NCBI GenBank assembly: GCA_043808425.1
Contig: JAZDEW010000072.1
Span: 1-61,721, forward strand
Direction: 5' to 3'
Source of the DNA: Candidatus Omnitrophota bacterium
Lineage (GTDB): Bacteria > Omnitrophota > Gorgyraeia > Gygaellales > Profunditerraquicolaceae
Length of the DNA: 61,721 bases
How positions within the stretch are numbered: position 1 is the first letter of the stretch; every line of letters begins with the position of its first letter. A program made the translations under genes and the position numbers. Shown piece after piece: positions 35,001 through 44,720 of the stretch. The notes under the pieces were generated by a model. The model was not told the origin of the DNA, did no database searches, and was given only the letters and a program-made list of their open reading frames with translations.

Positions 35001-35102
35001 AACAATATCCGGAATATTATCCAAGATGGCCTTCTGCTGAAACTCTATTTTACGCAGCTGGGCAAGTGTAATTTCGAAATTATTTTGCCGAGAATCTTCC
35101 AT
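32040..35102 (-). CDS. multi-PAS sensor protein with degenerate GGDEF domain and HD-GYP c-di-GMP phosphodiesterase domain
   Basis: About four PAS/PAC modules separated by coiled coils are followed by a GGDEF domain whose active site reads SGEEF (RYSGEEFIIV). The C-terminal HD-GYP domain is intact (HDLGK, HHERWDGKGYP). Two modules carry a C-x10-C-x2-C motif. Confidence 0.85.
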   Translation of the reverse strand: MEDSRQNNFEITLAQLRKIEFQQKAILDNIPDIVWLKDAQSRFIAVNEPFAKACGFKVKEIIGKTDLDIWPKELALGYRADDQEVMESKKRKCVQERLMHQEGGEQWIETIKTPVFDDHDKVIGTIGIARNITLHKHEAESLKEIRAELELRVKVRTTELASANEALRKEARIAQKAHKELANLGGFLTGVFNGIQDGLCVLDTKMNILRVNPAMEKWYAYNMPIVGKKCYQAYHHRDKPCDVCPVNETLKTHEVAHVVSPMEDKDGKLAGYFDLYSFPMFEENTKELIGVIEYVRNITEQKNAQEALRISEEKFRTIADFTYDWEYWQGPDKQMIYVSLSCERVTGYTNVDFLNDPDLIENIVHPLDLVILRKKRDEAVKNSTKLEADFRIINRNGQVHWISHICVPVYSNDGKLLGRRASNRDISKNKEYEQEIKVYHENLEELVKQRTKALELEIAARKDVQEQASILYQQLEFTLGVTKTGLDIIDKDFNMHYVDPEWAHNYGDWKGKKCYEYFRERKSVCPNCAIVEAFKTNKIVVSEEVLEKEGNRPIQVTTIPYQDKNGEWLVAELNVDITQKKKVDEELKRYRNDLEALVEERTQDLLCQTNRYKVSELEKSKLNRELIKINDKLKSISLIDAHTGLYNYRYLQDAVEVEFHQARRYAQNLAIIMLDIDYFRSINDVYGIAFGDLVLKQLAKQLKRMVRRYDVLIRYSGEEFIIVSPRLNRDFAFNMAQRLLDSLNFINFGNKNHSVKLKISLSVVSFPEDRAKNGMDLVNLADLLLNKAKESGGNRAYSSLDAKNNVSKGTGKISKTAGIKTLKNKISKLNKQSKQGLSESIFAFAKTLELKDHYTGEHVENTVHFATGVAKELNLPKEDVELIKQAAMLHDLGKIGISENILLKKGKFNKKEFEEIKKHPQIGADIIRPIKFLRDLIPFIFYHHERWDGKGYPSRIKGEDIPLGARVIAIADVYQALISDRPYHKAFTKSAAIEIIKKSSGTQFDPRVVSAFLKVVSKEK

Positions 35103-35111
35103 ATTTAGGTC

Positions 35112-35150
35112 ATAGCTGATAGCTGATAGCTGACAGGTGATAGGTGATAG
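35112..35150. repeat. heptamer tandem array: ATAGCTG x3, ACAGGTG, ATAGGTG, ATAG
   Basis: Read directly. It begins 10 nt upstream of the sensor gene start codon (35102) and ends next to the rpoD terminator. Confidence 0.85.
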
Positions 35151-35184
35151 ACAAAAGGCAGCTCCTCAATTAAGGAAGCTGCCC
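35150..35184 (-). terminator. rho-independent terminator downstream of rpoD
   Basis: The minus strand reads GGCAGCTTCC-TTAATTGA-GGAGCTGCC followed by TTTTGT, giving a 9-bp stem with one bulged T. Confidence 0.6.
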
Positions 35185-35229
35185 AGAATTATTCTTGACT
35201 AAATCATCTAAAATTCCTTCGGTTACATT

Positions 35230-36792
35230 CTAATACTCTCTCTGATGCGCTAAAGTCATATCCATAAAAGTGCGCAAGCGCCGCGAACGGGACGGATGCC
35301 TGAGTTTTTTTAAAGCCTTGGCTTCAATTTGCCTGACTCTTTCACGGGTGACCTTAAAGACATTGCCCACCTCTTCTAGTGTACGCGCAGAACCATCATG
35401 AATACCAAAACGTAAGACTAAAATCTTTTTCTCTCTTTCCGTCAAGGTGCCTAAAGCCGAATTCATTTCGTCTTTTAACATTGAACGCACAGTTTCATTA
35501 GCCGGAGAGACCGCTTTTTTATCTTGGATAAAATCCCCAAAATGCGTATCCCCTTCATCACCGATAGGCATCTGTAAAGAAATAGGTTCTTGCGCAATCT
35601 TTAAAATAGACTTTATCTTACCCTGCGGAAAACGCATTTTATGCGCAATCTCTTCAGGAGTAGGCTCACGGCCATTTTTCTGTACAAAAACCCTGGAAAA
35701 TCGAATAATCTTATTAATCGTTTCCGTCATATGCACAGGTATTCTAATTGTACGGGCCTGATCCGCAATCGAGCGGGTGATCGCCTGGCGAATCCACCAG
35801 GTGGCATAAGTAGAAAATTTATAGCCGCGTTTATATTCAAATTTCTCTACCGCGCGCATCAGGCCAATATTACCCTCCTGAATTAAGTCCAGAAAAGAAA
35901 GCCCACGGTTAGTATATTTTTTAGCGATACTCACCACGAGGCGTAAATTTGCTTCAACTAATTTCTTTTTCGTGCGGCTAAACTTAAGATGGGCGGACTT
36001 AATCAGCTTCATCTGCTCTTTAATTTTGCTATACGATGGCTGTGCCAATTCTTTAAGTATCTGATGACTGCGGGCATCATTACTTTTATTCAAACGCCGG
36101 ACATGCTCCAGCTCTCGCAATAAATGAGTTAGCTTGCGCACCGCCGCTTCAATTACCGAAGTGGTAAAATTTAGTTGTAAAATTAAATTTATCGCATTGC
36201 TGTCGCTGCGCGTCTGTTTAATTTTACCTAATATACGTTTAAATCTACCGATAACACTACTTTTCTTTATGCGAATATCTTCTTTAACTACCTCCTCCAT
36301 ATTAATTTTGTCATCTAAGATGTTCGCCGCCACCGCCAAAACTTCATTCCGAGCGAATTTAGTTACCAAAACCGCGCGCTTAAACTTATCTTCGGCATCC
36401 TCAATCTTTTTAGCCAGCTCAATCTCGTTTTCACGGCTTAAAAGTGAAATTGACCCCATCTGCTTCAAATACATCTTTACCGGATCATCTAAGGGCATAA
36501 AACGTTCTTCGCTTTTGAGCTGCTCCGTGAGTAACTCCTCCCGCTGTTGCACTAAATTCTGCTTATCCTGCTGGGTCGCCCTATTCGCCGATAAACCCGC
36601 ATCCGCTTCACCCTCAACCACCTGAATATCTTCGTTGCCCAGCAATTCAAAAAGATGATCAATCGCTACGGTACTAGAAAGATCCTCTGGCAATAAATCA
36701 TTGACTTCATCATAAGTAAGGAAACCTTTTTGTTTGCCCAAGGCAATCAACTTTTCCATATCTTTAGTGGGCTGCGGTTGAATCTTCTTCAT
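35230..36792 (-). CDS. rpoD: RNA polymerase primary sigma factor (sigma-70)
   Basis: Regions 1.1-4.2 are present: [44 protein letters not shown], and [29 protein letters not shown]. Confidence 0.95.
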   Translation of the reverse strand: MKKIQPQPTKDMEKLIALGKQKGFLTYDEVNDLLPEDLSSTVAIDHLFELLGNEDIQVVEGEADAGLSANRATQQDKQNLVQQREELLTEQLKSEERFMPLDDPVKMYLKQMGSISLLSRENEIELAKKIEDAEDKFKRAVLVTKFARNEVLAVAANILDDKINMEEVVKEDIRIKKSSVIGRFKRILGKIKQTRSDSNAINLILQLNFTTSVIEAAVRKLTHLLRELEHVRRLNKSNDARSHQILKELAQPSYSKIKEQMKLIKSAHLKFSRTKKKLVEANLRLVVSIAKKYTNRGLSFLDLIQEGNIGLMRAVEKFEYKRGYKFSTYATWWIRQAITRSIADQARTIRIPVHMTETINKIIRFSRVFVQKNGREPTPEEIAHKMRFPQGKIKSILKIAQEPISLQMPIGDEGDTHFGDFIQDKKAVSPANETVRSMLKDEMNSALGTLTEREKKILVLRFGIHDGSARTLEEVGNVFKVTRERVRQIEAKALKKLRHPSRSRRLRTFMDMTLAHQREY

Positions 36793-38561
36793 GCGTGATC
36801 GCCTTTCTTTATAAGATTATGAAATTCTTGAATAAGACTGTTTAATTTTCCCTCATCACCCAGAGATTGGGCGCTTTTTATCTGTATGTGCAAATGTTCA
36901 CGCTGAGATTTTAACCTTTGGACCTTGATACGCGCGATACAATCATTAACCGCCTTTTCTCTGCCCTCCTGTGTAAGAGCCGGCATAAACATGGTTTCAC
37001 AAACCAACTGGCTGGCATCATCTTCATTAAAATAATTCATCAGCACGCTCGGCTCGATATTTTTACCCTGCTGAACTAACTCCTGCATGAGAGAAATAAT
37101 TTTAGCCGTGCGCGCATCCGCAAAATCAGCAGGTGATAACTGTTGCATAATTTTTTCAATCAGCTCTTTTTCCTCGAGCATGAATTTAATCAAAAGCTTT
37201 TCCGCCGGATTAATCTGAGACTGGCCTCTGCCAGAAATAACCGGCAGCTTAGGGGGCACAGAGACAGCAGGTTTTAATTTACGCAGTTCCTCAAGAATAT
37301 CTTGCTCCGGTATATGCATCTGTTCGGACAACCTTTTAGTATACTCCCCCCTGAGAATAGCATTATCAAACTTATTAATCGTCAGAAGCATCTCAGAGGC
37401 AATTTTAGCTAAACCAGGCGCTTCTTTTATATTATAACGGGTCTTTAAGACATCCAGCTTATAATCAAAAAAACTTACCGCTTCTTCCACCTTGGCTTTT
37501 AACGTGTTGATTCCTTCATTGCGCACCAAGACATCCGGATCCATCCCTTGAGGCAAGGGAACAACTTTTACGTTTATGCCCTCATCAATAAGTAAATCCA
37601 GGCTCCTTAACGTAGCTATTTCTCCGGCGGTATCACCGTCATAAACCATCACTACATTACGCGTATAACGCTTGAGCAGCTTGATCTGCTCAAGCGTTAA
37701 CGCAGTCCCCTGGGAAGCAACAATATTCTTTAACCCCTCTTGATAAGGAATCATAAAGTCCAGATAACCTTCTACAATCACCACGCTATCCGCATCGCGT
37801 ATAAAATCCTTGGATAAATTAAATCCGAAAAGATTTTTGCCTTTACTATAAACCGGCGTCTCAGGAGAATTTATATATTTAGGTAAGCTGCTATCCATTA
37901 CCCTGGCGCCAAAACCAATCATGCGGCCGCGCGTATCAAGAACAGGAAAAATAATACGATTACGAAAACGATCATAATAACCGCCTGAATCCTTGGGTAA
38001 AACTAAACCTGCCTGCTCCATAAGCGCCAAAGCAACATTCTTGTTCCTTAAAAAATTAATCAGGTTATCCCAGCCGGAAGCAGCCAGCCCTAAACGAAAT
38101 TCTTTTATCGTCGCAAGGCTAATCCCCCTGCCGGAAAGGTAATTTATCGCCTGTCCAGCGCTGCCGGAATGCAAATTGCCTTCATAAAAACTTACAGCCA
38201 GCTCATTAATTTTATACAATTGGTTGTTTAAGCTCGCGGCCCGGGCTAACTCAGGCTTATCCTGCTCGGGCAAGATAACCCCGCACTTTTTAGCCAGCAT
38301 CTCAACCGCCTCGGGAAATTCCATCCGCTCATGGCGCATAAGAAACTTAAAAGCATTGCCCGACTCACCACAGCCGAAACAATGGTAAATCTGACGCTCC
38401 GGGGAAACCATAAAAGAAGCGGTCTTTTCATGATGAAAAGGACAATTGGTTTTAAAGTTCGCCCCCGCTTTTTTAAGCGGAACATAGCCAGAGATAATCT
38501 CCACTAAATCTACCCGCCCAAGAATATCTTCTAACAGGTTTTCCGGAATCCGACTAGCCAT
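36789..38561 (-). CDS. dnaG: DNA primase
   Basis: It has a zinc-binding domain ([30 protein letters not shown]), a TOPRIM domain ([14 protein letters not shown]) and a C-terminal DnaB-interaction region. Confidence 0.95.
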   Translation of the reverse strand: MASRIPENLLEDILGRVDLVEIISGYVPLKKAGANFKTNCPFHHEKTASFMVSPERQIYHCFGCGESGNAFKFLMRHERMEFPEAVEMLAKKCGVILPEQDKPELARAASLNNQLYKINELAVSFYEGNLHSGSAGQAINYLSGRGISLATIKEFRLGLAASGWDNLINFLRNKNVALALMEQAGLVLPKDSGGYYDRFRNRIIFPVLDTRGRMIGFGARVMDSSLPKYINSPETPVYSKGKNLFGFNLSKDFIRDADSVVIVEGYLDFMIPYQEGLKNIVASQGTALTLEQIKLLKRYTRNVVMVYDGDTAGEIATLRSLDLLIDEGINVKVVPLPQGMDPDVLVRNEGINTLKAKVEEAVSFFDYKLDVLKTRYNIKEAPGLAKIASEMLLTINKFDNAILRGEYTKRLSEQMHIPEQDILEELRKLKPAVSVPPKLPVISGRGQSQINPAEKLLIKFMLEEKELIEKIMQQLSPADFADARTAKIISLMQELVQQGKNIEPSVLMNYFNEDDASQLVCETMFMPALTQEGREKAVNDCIARIKVQRLKSQREHLHIQIKSAQSLGDEGKLNSLIQEFHNLIKKGDHA

Positions 38562-38568
38562 TACTGAT

Positions 38569-39453
38569 TTACTTTCTCTTTATTCTCGTAAAACCGGAGC
38601 AGGCAACAACCGCAAAATCCTGCTTGGCGAATTTCTCAATGTTGTCCAGAAGTAAATTCAACCCCAGGGTATCCGATGAAATATGTCCGGCGATAACCAC
38701 ATTTAAATTAGCGTCTTTAACCTTTTTAAAATGCTCTTCACTTAAATGCATAGAAACTAAAGTTCTTACCCCGGCCTTATATAATTTTTCAAAAACATCT
38801 TTGGACCCTTCGGTGCCTCCGGTCATCTCAAACAAAATCTTGCCAACCGGACGTTTTGGGTTACCCAAAATTATACGCGGGCCAGTATTAAATTTCCGGG
38901 CAATTTGATACTCCGGTATAGTGTTTAATATCTTTACCACATCTTCAACTAAAAACGCCTGCTTAGATTTTTGTTTAAAAATCGCCTCTAAATATCTATA
39001 CACATGATTATCTGCCGGCGTATGCATATTCATAAAAGGCATGTTCAATAATCTAGCCGCGTCCACCGGACGGGTGTGATTCTGCGGCAATACCCGGCGC
39101 TCTACTTCCGCCATTCTCTCTTCCAGCAGCCGGGTAGCAGTCTTTCGCGCCACCCCAGCTTGAGTTAAAAGATCAATCTGCAGCCGCATCACCTCATGTA
39201 AGCCGGCGTAAGCTTTTCCTTCAGGATGATGAGCAATTACTAAATCCAGCCCTTCTTTCTGGCGAATACGGTCGGCAAGCAAAAGATCCGCCACCTCAAT
39301 ATCAATACCCACCATAATCTTCTTTATTTCTAAATTAGGCTTACCGAAGAGAATTGCCGAATCTGGAAATGATTTTATCCCGTGCTTGGCCTTACGCGGA
39401 TCAGCCAGACGGCCAAAGCGTACTACCGAATTATAAAAATTAATTAACTTCAT
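38569..39453 (-). CDS. NIF3/DUF34-like dinuclear metal centre family protein (tentative)
   Basis: It has a VIAHHPE motif and a C-terminal GHISSD-type motif. Linkage to dnaG-rpoD resembles the yqfO linkage in Bacillus. The assignment comes from motif resemblance only. Confidence 0.45.
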   Translation of the reverse strand: MKLINFYNSVVRFGRLADPRKAKHGIKSFPDSAILFGKPNLEIKKIMVGIDIEVADLLLADRIRQKEGLDLVIAHHPEGKAYAGLHEVMRLQIDLLTQAGVARKTATRLLEERMAEVERRVLPQNHTRPVDAARLLNMPFMNMHTPADNHVYRYLEAIFKQKSKQAFLVEDVVKILNTIPEYQIARKFNTGPRIILGNPKRPVGKILFEMTGGTEGSKDVFEKLYKAGVRTLVSMHLSEEHFKKVKDANLNVVIAGHISSDTLGLNLLLDNIEKFAKQDFAVVACSGFTRIKRK

Positions 39454-40031
39454 TTACGATTGAATTTAGAGATAACTTCATTAACCTGGGGATTAAATTT
39501 TTCTTCCGGGAAAAACTTAGAAAAAACACTCATCCAGAGCCAATCATACACCCGGGGCGAAATAGCCAAAGCCCGCTGGCCTAAATAAGCATATTTTACC
39601 GAATTACTAAAATAAGCAACATTAGAAATAACCAGAGTAAAAGATAGCAGGCCTACAACCAGAAAACCCCGGCCAATACCTAAAACTAATCCGAAAAATT
39701 GATTAATTTTAGGTATAGCATTAAATTGCATAAAACGAAAAAGTATATTACGCAAAACTACAAAACACAAATACCCGATAACGACTAATAAAAGAAAAAT
39801 TATAAAATCTATAACCTCTAGAGGAACGCCTTTGGGCAAAAATTGACTCTGAATCAGAGCGGAAATAACAGCATAATAATGCAACCCGATATAGGTAGAG
39901 AAGGTAACGCCAAGGAGCTTAAAAATCTCAATGGAAAACCCCATTTTTGCGCCAATGCTGCATATTCTAATCAAAATAATTAGAATAATAAAATCAAAAA
40001 AGTTGAGCTTTGATAATAACTCAAGGAACAT
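39450..40031 (-). CDS. cvpA: CvpA family membrane protein
   Basis: N-terminal NFFDFIILIILIRICSIGAKMGFSIEIFKLLG and four TM helices are typical of CvpA. Confidence 0.75.
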   Translation of the reverse strand: MFLELLSKLNFFDFIILIILIRICSIGAKMGFSIEIFKLLGVTFSTYIGLHYYAVISALIQSQFLPKGVPLEVIDFIIFLLLVVIGYLCFVVLRNILFRFMQFNAIPKINQFFGLVLGIGRGFLVVGLLSFTLVISNVAYFSNSVKYAYLGQRALAISPRVYDWLWMSVFSKFFPEEKFNPQVNEVISKFNRK

Positions 40032-40099
40032 GGCATTCTCCCGGCTTAGCTATTAAAACTTGCGATTATTTTAAAGCGTCAAAATTTAATTTATCAAAA

Positions 40100-40129
40100 A
40101 GTATAACATATATTCGATAGAATTGTCAA
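40100..40129 (-). promoter_or_regulatory. strong sigma-70 promoter for the cvpA-nif3-dnaG-rpoD operon
   Basis: On the minus strand: TTGACA (40129-40124), an 18-nt spacer ending in TGT (extended -10), and TATACT (40105-40100). It lies about 70 nt upstream of the cvpA ATG. Confidence 0.55.
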
Positions 40130-40143
40130 GGAAAGGACAGGAT

Positions 40144-41076
40144 TTATCCTCTAAACCAAGCGATAGTACGCTCTAGGCCCTCCTCTAGAGACACTCTCGG
40201 CTGCCAGGCAAGAAGTTTCTTGGCTTTAGTGATATCCGGCTGCCGCTGCCGGGGGTCATCTTGAGGCAGTTGCCTAAAAACAACCTTACTTTTAGAGCCG
40301 GTTAATTTTAAAACCAGTTTTACCAATTGCATGATCGTAAATTCATGCGGATTGCCCAAGTTAATTGGCGCGTTTTCCTCAGAAAGCATCAAACGAAATA
40401 CACCTTCAGCCAGATCATCAATATAACAGAAACTTCTAGACTGCCGGCCATTTCCATAAACCGTAAGTGGCTTTCCTTTTAAAGCTTGATCAATAAAATT
40501 AGGCACTACCCGTCCATCATGATGGCGCATTTTTGGCCCATAGGTATTAAAAATACGCACAATCTTGGTATCCACTTTATGCGCACGGTGGTAGGCCATG
40601 GTAATCGCCTCAGCAAACCGCTTAGATTCATCATAACAACCACGCACACCGACAGAATTAACATGCCCCCAATAGCTTTCTTTTTGCGGATGCTCCAGAG
40701 GGTCACCATATACTTCCGATGTAGAAAAAAGCATAAAAATAGCTTTTTTCTTTTTAGCCAGGCCCAAAGCATTATGCGTGCCTAAAGACCCCACCTTTAA
40801 TGTCTGAATGGGAAAATCCAAATAATCCTTCGGAGAAGCCAATGAAGCGCAGTGTAGGACATAATCTAATTTACCGGGGACATTAATATAATTTGAAACA
40901 TTGCAGACCTCTAAACGAAAATTCTTATTTCGTAAAAACGGCTTCAAATTATCCCGGCTGCCCGTAATAAAGCTATCCAGACAAATTACCCGGTAATTGT
41001 TTGCCAGCAGCTTAAAGCATAAATGCGAACCGATAAAGCCCGCGCCTCCGGTAATCAAAACAGTTTGTTTAGACAT
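40144..41076 (-). CDS. uxs: UDP-glucuronate decarboxylase (UDP-xylose synthase), SDR family
   Basis: Contains GGAGFIGSH, the YDESKR catalytic motif and the RQPDITKAK tail. It overlaps ugd. Confidence 0.85.
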   Translation of the reverse strand: MSKQTVLITGGAGFIGSHLCFKLLANNYRVICLDSFITGSRDNLKPFLRNKNFRLEVCNVSNYINVPGKLDYVLHCASLASPKDYLDFPIQTLKVGSLGTHNALGLAKKKKAIFMLFSTSEVYGDPLEHPQKESYWGHVNSVGVRGCYDESKRFAEAITMAYHRAHKVDTKIVRIFNTYGPKMRHHDGRVVPNFIDQALKGKPLTVYGNGRQSRSFCYIDDLAEGVFRLMLSEENAPINLGNPHEFTIMQLVKLVLKLTGSKSKVVFRQLPQDDPRQRQPDITKAKKLLAWQPRVSLEEGLERTIAWFRG

Positions 41077-42367
41077 TTGGCCGGCCTACTCCGATGTAAG
41101 TAAATCCCAAACCCCTAAGCAGCCCCGGATCATAAATATTCCGGCCATCAACAATCAGCGCGCGTTTTAGCTTTTTTTTCAATTTTAAAAAATCCAGCTC
41201 CTTAAATTCATTCCATTCCGTGGCAATAACCAGGCAGTCCGCGTCCAGGGCCGCCTGATAAGCATCTTTACAAAAGGTAACATTTTTCAGGATTTTAGCG
41301 GCCTTCTCCATGGCGAAAGGATCATAAGCCTTGATTTTTGCGCCCTCTTGAATTAGCGCGTTAATCAAATCAATACTCGGAGCATTTCTTAAATCATCGG
41401 TATTCGGCTTAAAAGCCAGGCCCAAAACAGCAATCGTTTTATCTTTAATAATCCACAGAGCATCTTTAATCTTTTGTAAAACAAAAGCCTTTTGCTCCTG
41501 GTTGGTATTTCTTACTGCTTTAAGAATAGCAAAATCATAGCCTAATTTTTCGGCAATCGTGATAAAAGCCTCCAGATCTTTAGGAAAACAAGAACCGCCA
41601 TAACCCAACCCGGCATGTAAAAAATATCGGCCGATACGATTATCCAGGCCCATACCCTTGGCCACTTCCTGCACATCCGCGCCTACCCGTTCACAGATGC
41701 GGGCCAAGGCATTAATAAAAGAAATTTTGGTGGCCAAAAAAGCATTGGAAGCGTGTTTAATCAGCTCGGCGGACTTTATATTGGTAATTAGGATCGGCCG
41801 GTTCAACGGCTGGTACAAATTAGTCATTATCTGCTTGGCCTTAAGCGTCTCTAAGCCCAGGACAATCCGGTCAGGATGATTAAAATCATTAATCGCTGAA
41901 CCCTCCCGTAAAAACTCCGGATTAGACACGACATCAAATTTATGCTTCTTTTTAATATAGGTCGCAATCGTTTTCTTAATCCAGGCACAGGTTTCTACCG
42001 GCACCGTGGATTTTTCCACAATCAGCCGGTATCCATCCATATTCTGAGCAATGCCGCGGGCAACATTTTCTACCCCCGTCAAATCCGCTTCGCCATTTTC
42101 CAATGCCGGAGTGCCCACAGCAATAAAAATTATTTCACTAAACCTTACCGCATCCTTAATGCTGGAAGTAAATTTGAGCCGTTTATTTTTAAGATTATTA
42201 ACAATCAGCTCCTGTAAACCAGGTTCATAAATAGGAACAATCCCCTTCTTAAGGCTACGAATTTTTTTTATATCATTATCGGCGCAAATAACATGGTTGC
42301 CTAGCTCAGCAAAACAAGCCCCGGAAACTAACCCCACATAACCTGAACCAATAATTGAAATATTCAT
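41069..42367 (-). CDS. ugd: UDP-glucose 6-dehydrogenase
   Basis: Contains [24 protein letters not shown] and [10 protein letters not shown] (catalytic Cys). Confidence 0.9.
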   Translation of the reverse strand: MNISIIGSGYVGLVSGACFAELGNHVICADNDIKKIRSLKKGIVPIYEPGLQELIVNNLKNKRLKFTSSIKDAVRFSEIIFIAVGTPALENGEADLTGVENVARGIAQNMDGYRLIVEKSTVPVETCAWIKKTIATYIKKKHKFDVVSNPEFLREGSAINDFNHPDRIVLGLETLKAKQIMTNLYQPLNRPILITNIKSAELIKHASNAFLATKISFINALARICERVGADVQEVAKGMGLDNRIGRYFLHAGLGYGGSCFPKDLEAFITIAEKLGYDFAILKAVRNTNQEQKAFVLQKIKDALWIIKDKTIAVLGLAFKPNTDDLRNAPSIDLINALIQEGAKIKAYDPFAMEKAAKILKNVTFCKDAYQAALDADCLVIATEWNEFKELDFLKLKKKLKRALIVDGRNIYDPGLLRGLGFTYIGVGRPNV

Positions 42368-42379
42368 TTATCCCTCTCT

Positions 42380-42440
42380 GTCATCTCCGCGCAAGCGGGG
42401 ATCTGTTTTTAAGATTCCCACTTTCGTGGGAACGACGTTA
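42380..42440. repeat. two-hairpin REP-like element (GTCATC-CGCG..GCGGGGAT family)
   Basis: GTCATCTCCGCGCAAGCGGGGATCTGTTTTTAAGATTCCCACTTTCGTGGGAACGACGTTA lies 13 nt upstream of the ugd start codon. A homologous element lies at 52376-52433. Confidence 0.8.
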
Positions 42441-42470
42441 AAAGTCAGCCAAATTATTATAACGTCGATT

Positions 42471-44720
42471 CTACTGAGTTCCTGATTTCTTTTCCGTTAC
42501 AGACTGATCAAATCCAAATTCGTTTTCCGGGAAGGCTTTAAGCCTAAAGATAAAAAATATAGTCGTGCCGCTAATTTCCTTCTTATTTAAAGTAATATCC
42601 AGATCCCAACAGTGCAAATCACGCGTTAAGGTGTATTCTTGCTCCTGGAAACCCCAATCAAGAGAACTAGACTTTTTAAAATTAAACCGTTCATAAATAC
42701 CAAATTTCCACTTAGGGCTCAGGCGCCATTTAAAACCAAGAGTAGCTTCATTCTTGCCTTTTCTTTCATAGCGCTGGCCAAGAGTAAATGAACCTTTTTC
42801 CCCCAAATCAAAGCCTAAGCTATAATTAGCTACGGAAAACTTATTAAAATTCACATTCCCAATTCTGTGATCCGCGTGCGCAAAAGTAGCATCGGATTCA
42901 AATCTCATCCAGGAAAATGGCAATACTTTCAACGTAAAAAGAATATCCGAAAAATTATCTTTCAAGCTCTCTCCCGCGCGAGGGTAAAGAAAGGCGTTAT
43001 CTCCCGTTTTAGGATCCAGCGCCACATTAGTCGTAATCAAAAAATCCACAAAATCCACGCTTTGCCCATTGCGTTTAGTCTGCAACTTATTTGATAAACT
43101 CAAAGTAGCGGTATTTCCGCGATAAATCGCATCCACGGCGTCAATCTGTTTTATATTGCTGATCGGAATGGTCGGAGGATGCGTATACAAATACCCTATG
43201 CTAGGAGTAATAATATGGCGCAACCCATTAATATCTAAACCCAAGGCATTCGTTTTAACGTTAAAAACACGGAAAAACTTGGTACTCATATCCGCGCCGC
43301 TATAAAAAATGGTACGCATAATTCCACTTTGACCGTTTGCTCCCCGATCATAATAAGTTTGTCGGGAGGAAACAAAGGGCCTAAATTGTATAAAACTAAT
43401 CTTAGTCGGAAAAGAAAGCGTGTTCTTCGTATCTAACCGGGTAACCGTAACATTATCCCTATCCTGACTATAAGTTGATGTTAATGGATCTGAAGTAACA
43501 ACCTTCTTTTTGTTATAATTACCAAATTGACTTATATTTTCAAAATAAAACGGACTTTCTCCTAACTGCAAACTTGGCAGATTATAGTTTATTTCCGGTT
43601 TTCTCTCTATCTGGTCAAACCAGTGGTTAATGCGCATCTGTAAAAGAATATCCAAGCTCGAATAATTAAAAGCATGGTGCAACAACGCGTAGCTTAAAGG
43701 CTGGGGGTCTTTTTCATATTCGCGGAAAAAATATTTTTGTAGAAAACCATCTTCGGCATTATTATAAGCTGGATCCTGTTTTCTTCTTTGATCGGTAATT
43801 TTAAAAAACTCCGTCGTAACGTTAGTGCGCTCATCAATATCCCATTTATGGCGCCAACGCGTAAAATAACGGTAGTAATCCGATACGGGCGCCTGGACAG
43901 GTTGATCCGGAGGCGTTTCCAGCGTAAAATAAAATTTAAAATCGCCTTTTCCCACCGCCGGTGTGCGATAATTTAGATTAAAGCCTTCGGCCCATCCTAA
44001 TTTATTACGGTAATCCAGAAAAACCCGCCCATTCACATTTTCCGTAATATTATAGCGCCAGGCGCTCAATACATAGGGGCCCCAATCCTTGCGTGTGCCC
44101 GGCTCAACCTGCACATGCATAATCGGCTCTTTCATCGAATAGTTAAACCGCGGAAGATAAATAACCGGAACCGCGCCCAAATAAAGCATGGCCTGCTTGG
44201 CCTGCATCTTATCTTGAGGAAACATATTTAATTTCTTGACCGCGAAACGATAATGCGGTTGATCTAAGCTGCAAGTAGTAAAATAGCCGCCCTTAGCCAC
44301 AAATTCGCTATCGCTTACCTTTTCAACTTTTTTGGCTTTTCCAAAATAAGGATTAGCGCGAAAATCAGCATCATAAATAATCCCGGTTTTATTCGCGAAA
44401 TTATAAACAATCTTTTCTCCGGTAACCACCCCTTTGGCGTCCTCGATTCTGGCATGCCCCTCAGCCAGGCCTTCCTTAGTCTGCATATTAACTTTTAATC
44501 TGTTGCAGGTTAATGTCGTGCCCCGATAAATAACCTCAATATTACCGGTTGCCACCACCTCTTTGCTGTCCGCGGAATACTCCACATTATCACCATTAAT
44601 AATCATCGGCGACTCTTTACTGGCCTGCGCATAAACTAAGCTTGCCCAAAAAACAAAACCCGGTATTATACCAAAAATTACCAAATTAAACGGACGGAAA
44701 TTTTTTAATTTATTCAACAT
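42471..44720 (-). CDS. lptD: LPS-assembly outer membrane protein LptD (OstA family)
   Basis: An N-terminal signal/TM segment is followed by an OstA_N beta-jellyroll (INGDNVEY...GNIEV) and a large beta-barrel ending in an aromatic-rich C-terminus. Length is 749 aa. Confidence 0.8.
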   Translation of the reverse strand: MLNKLKNFRPFNLVIFGIIPGFVFWASLVYAQASKESPMIINGDNVEYSADSKEVVATGNIEVIYRGTTLTCNRLKVNMQTKEGLAEGHARIEDAKGVVTGEKIVYNFANKTGIIYDADFRANPYFGKAKKVEKVSDSEFVAKGGYFTTCSLDQPHYRFAVKKLNMFPQDKMQAKQAMLYLGAVPVIYLPRFNYSMKEPIMHVQVEPGTRKDWGPYVLSAWRYNITENVNGRVFLDYRNKLGWAEGFNLNYRTPAVGKGDFKFYFTLETPPDQPVQAPVSDYYRYFTRWRHKWDIDERTNVTTEFFKITDQRRKQDPAYNNAEDGFLQKYFFREYEKDPQPLSYALLHHAFNYSSLDILLQMRINHWFDQIERKPEINYNLPSLQLGESPFYFENISQFGNYNKKKVVTSDPLTSTYSQDRDNVTVTRLDTKNTLSFPTKISFIQFRPFVSSRQTYYDRGANGQSGIMRTIFYSGADMSTKFFRVFNVKTNALGLDINGLRHIITPSIGYLYTHPPTIPISNIKQIDAVDAIYRGNTATLSLSNKLQTKRNGQSVDFVDFLITTNVALDPKTGDNAFLYPRAGESLKDNFSDILFTLKVLPFSWMRFESDATFAHADHRIGNVNFNKFSVANYSLGFDLGEKGSFTLGQRYERKGKNEATLGFKWRLSPKWKFGIYERFNFKKSSSLDWGFQEQEYTLTRDLHCWDLDITLNKKEISGTTIFFIFRLKAFPENEFGFDQSVTEKKSGTQ

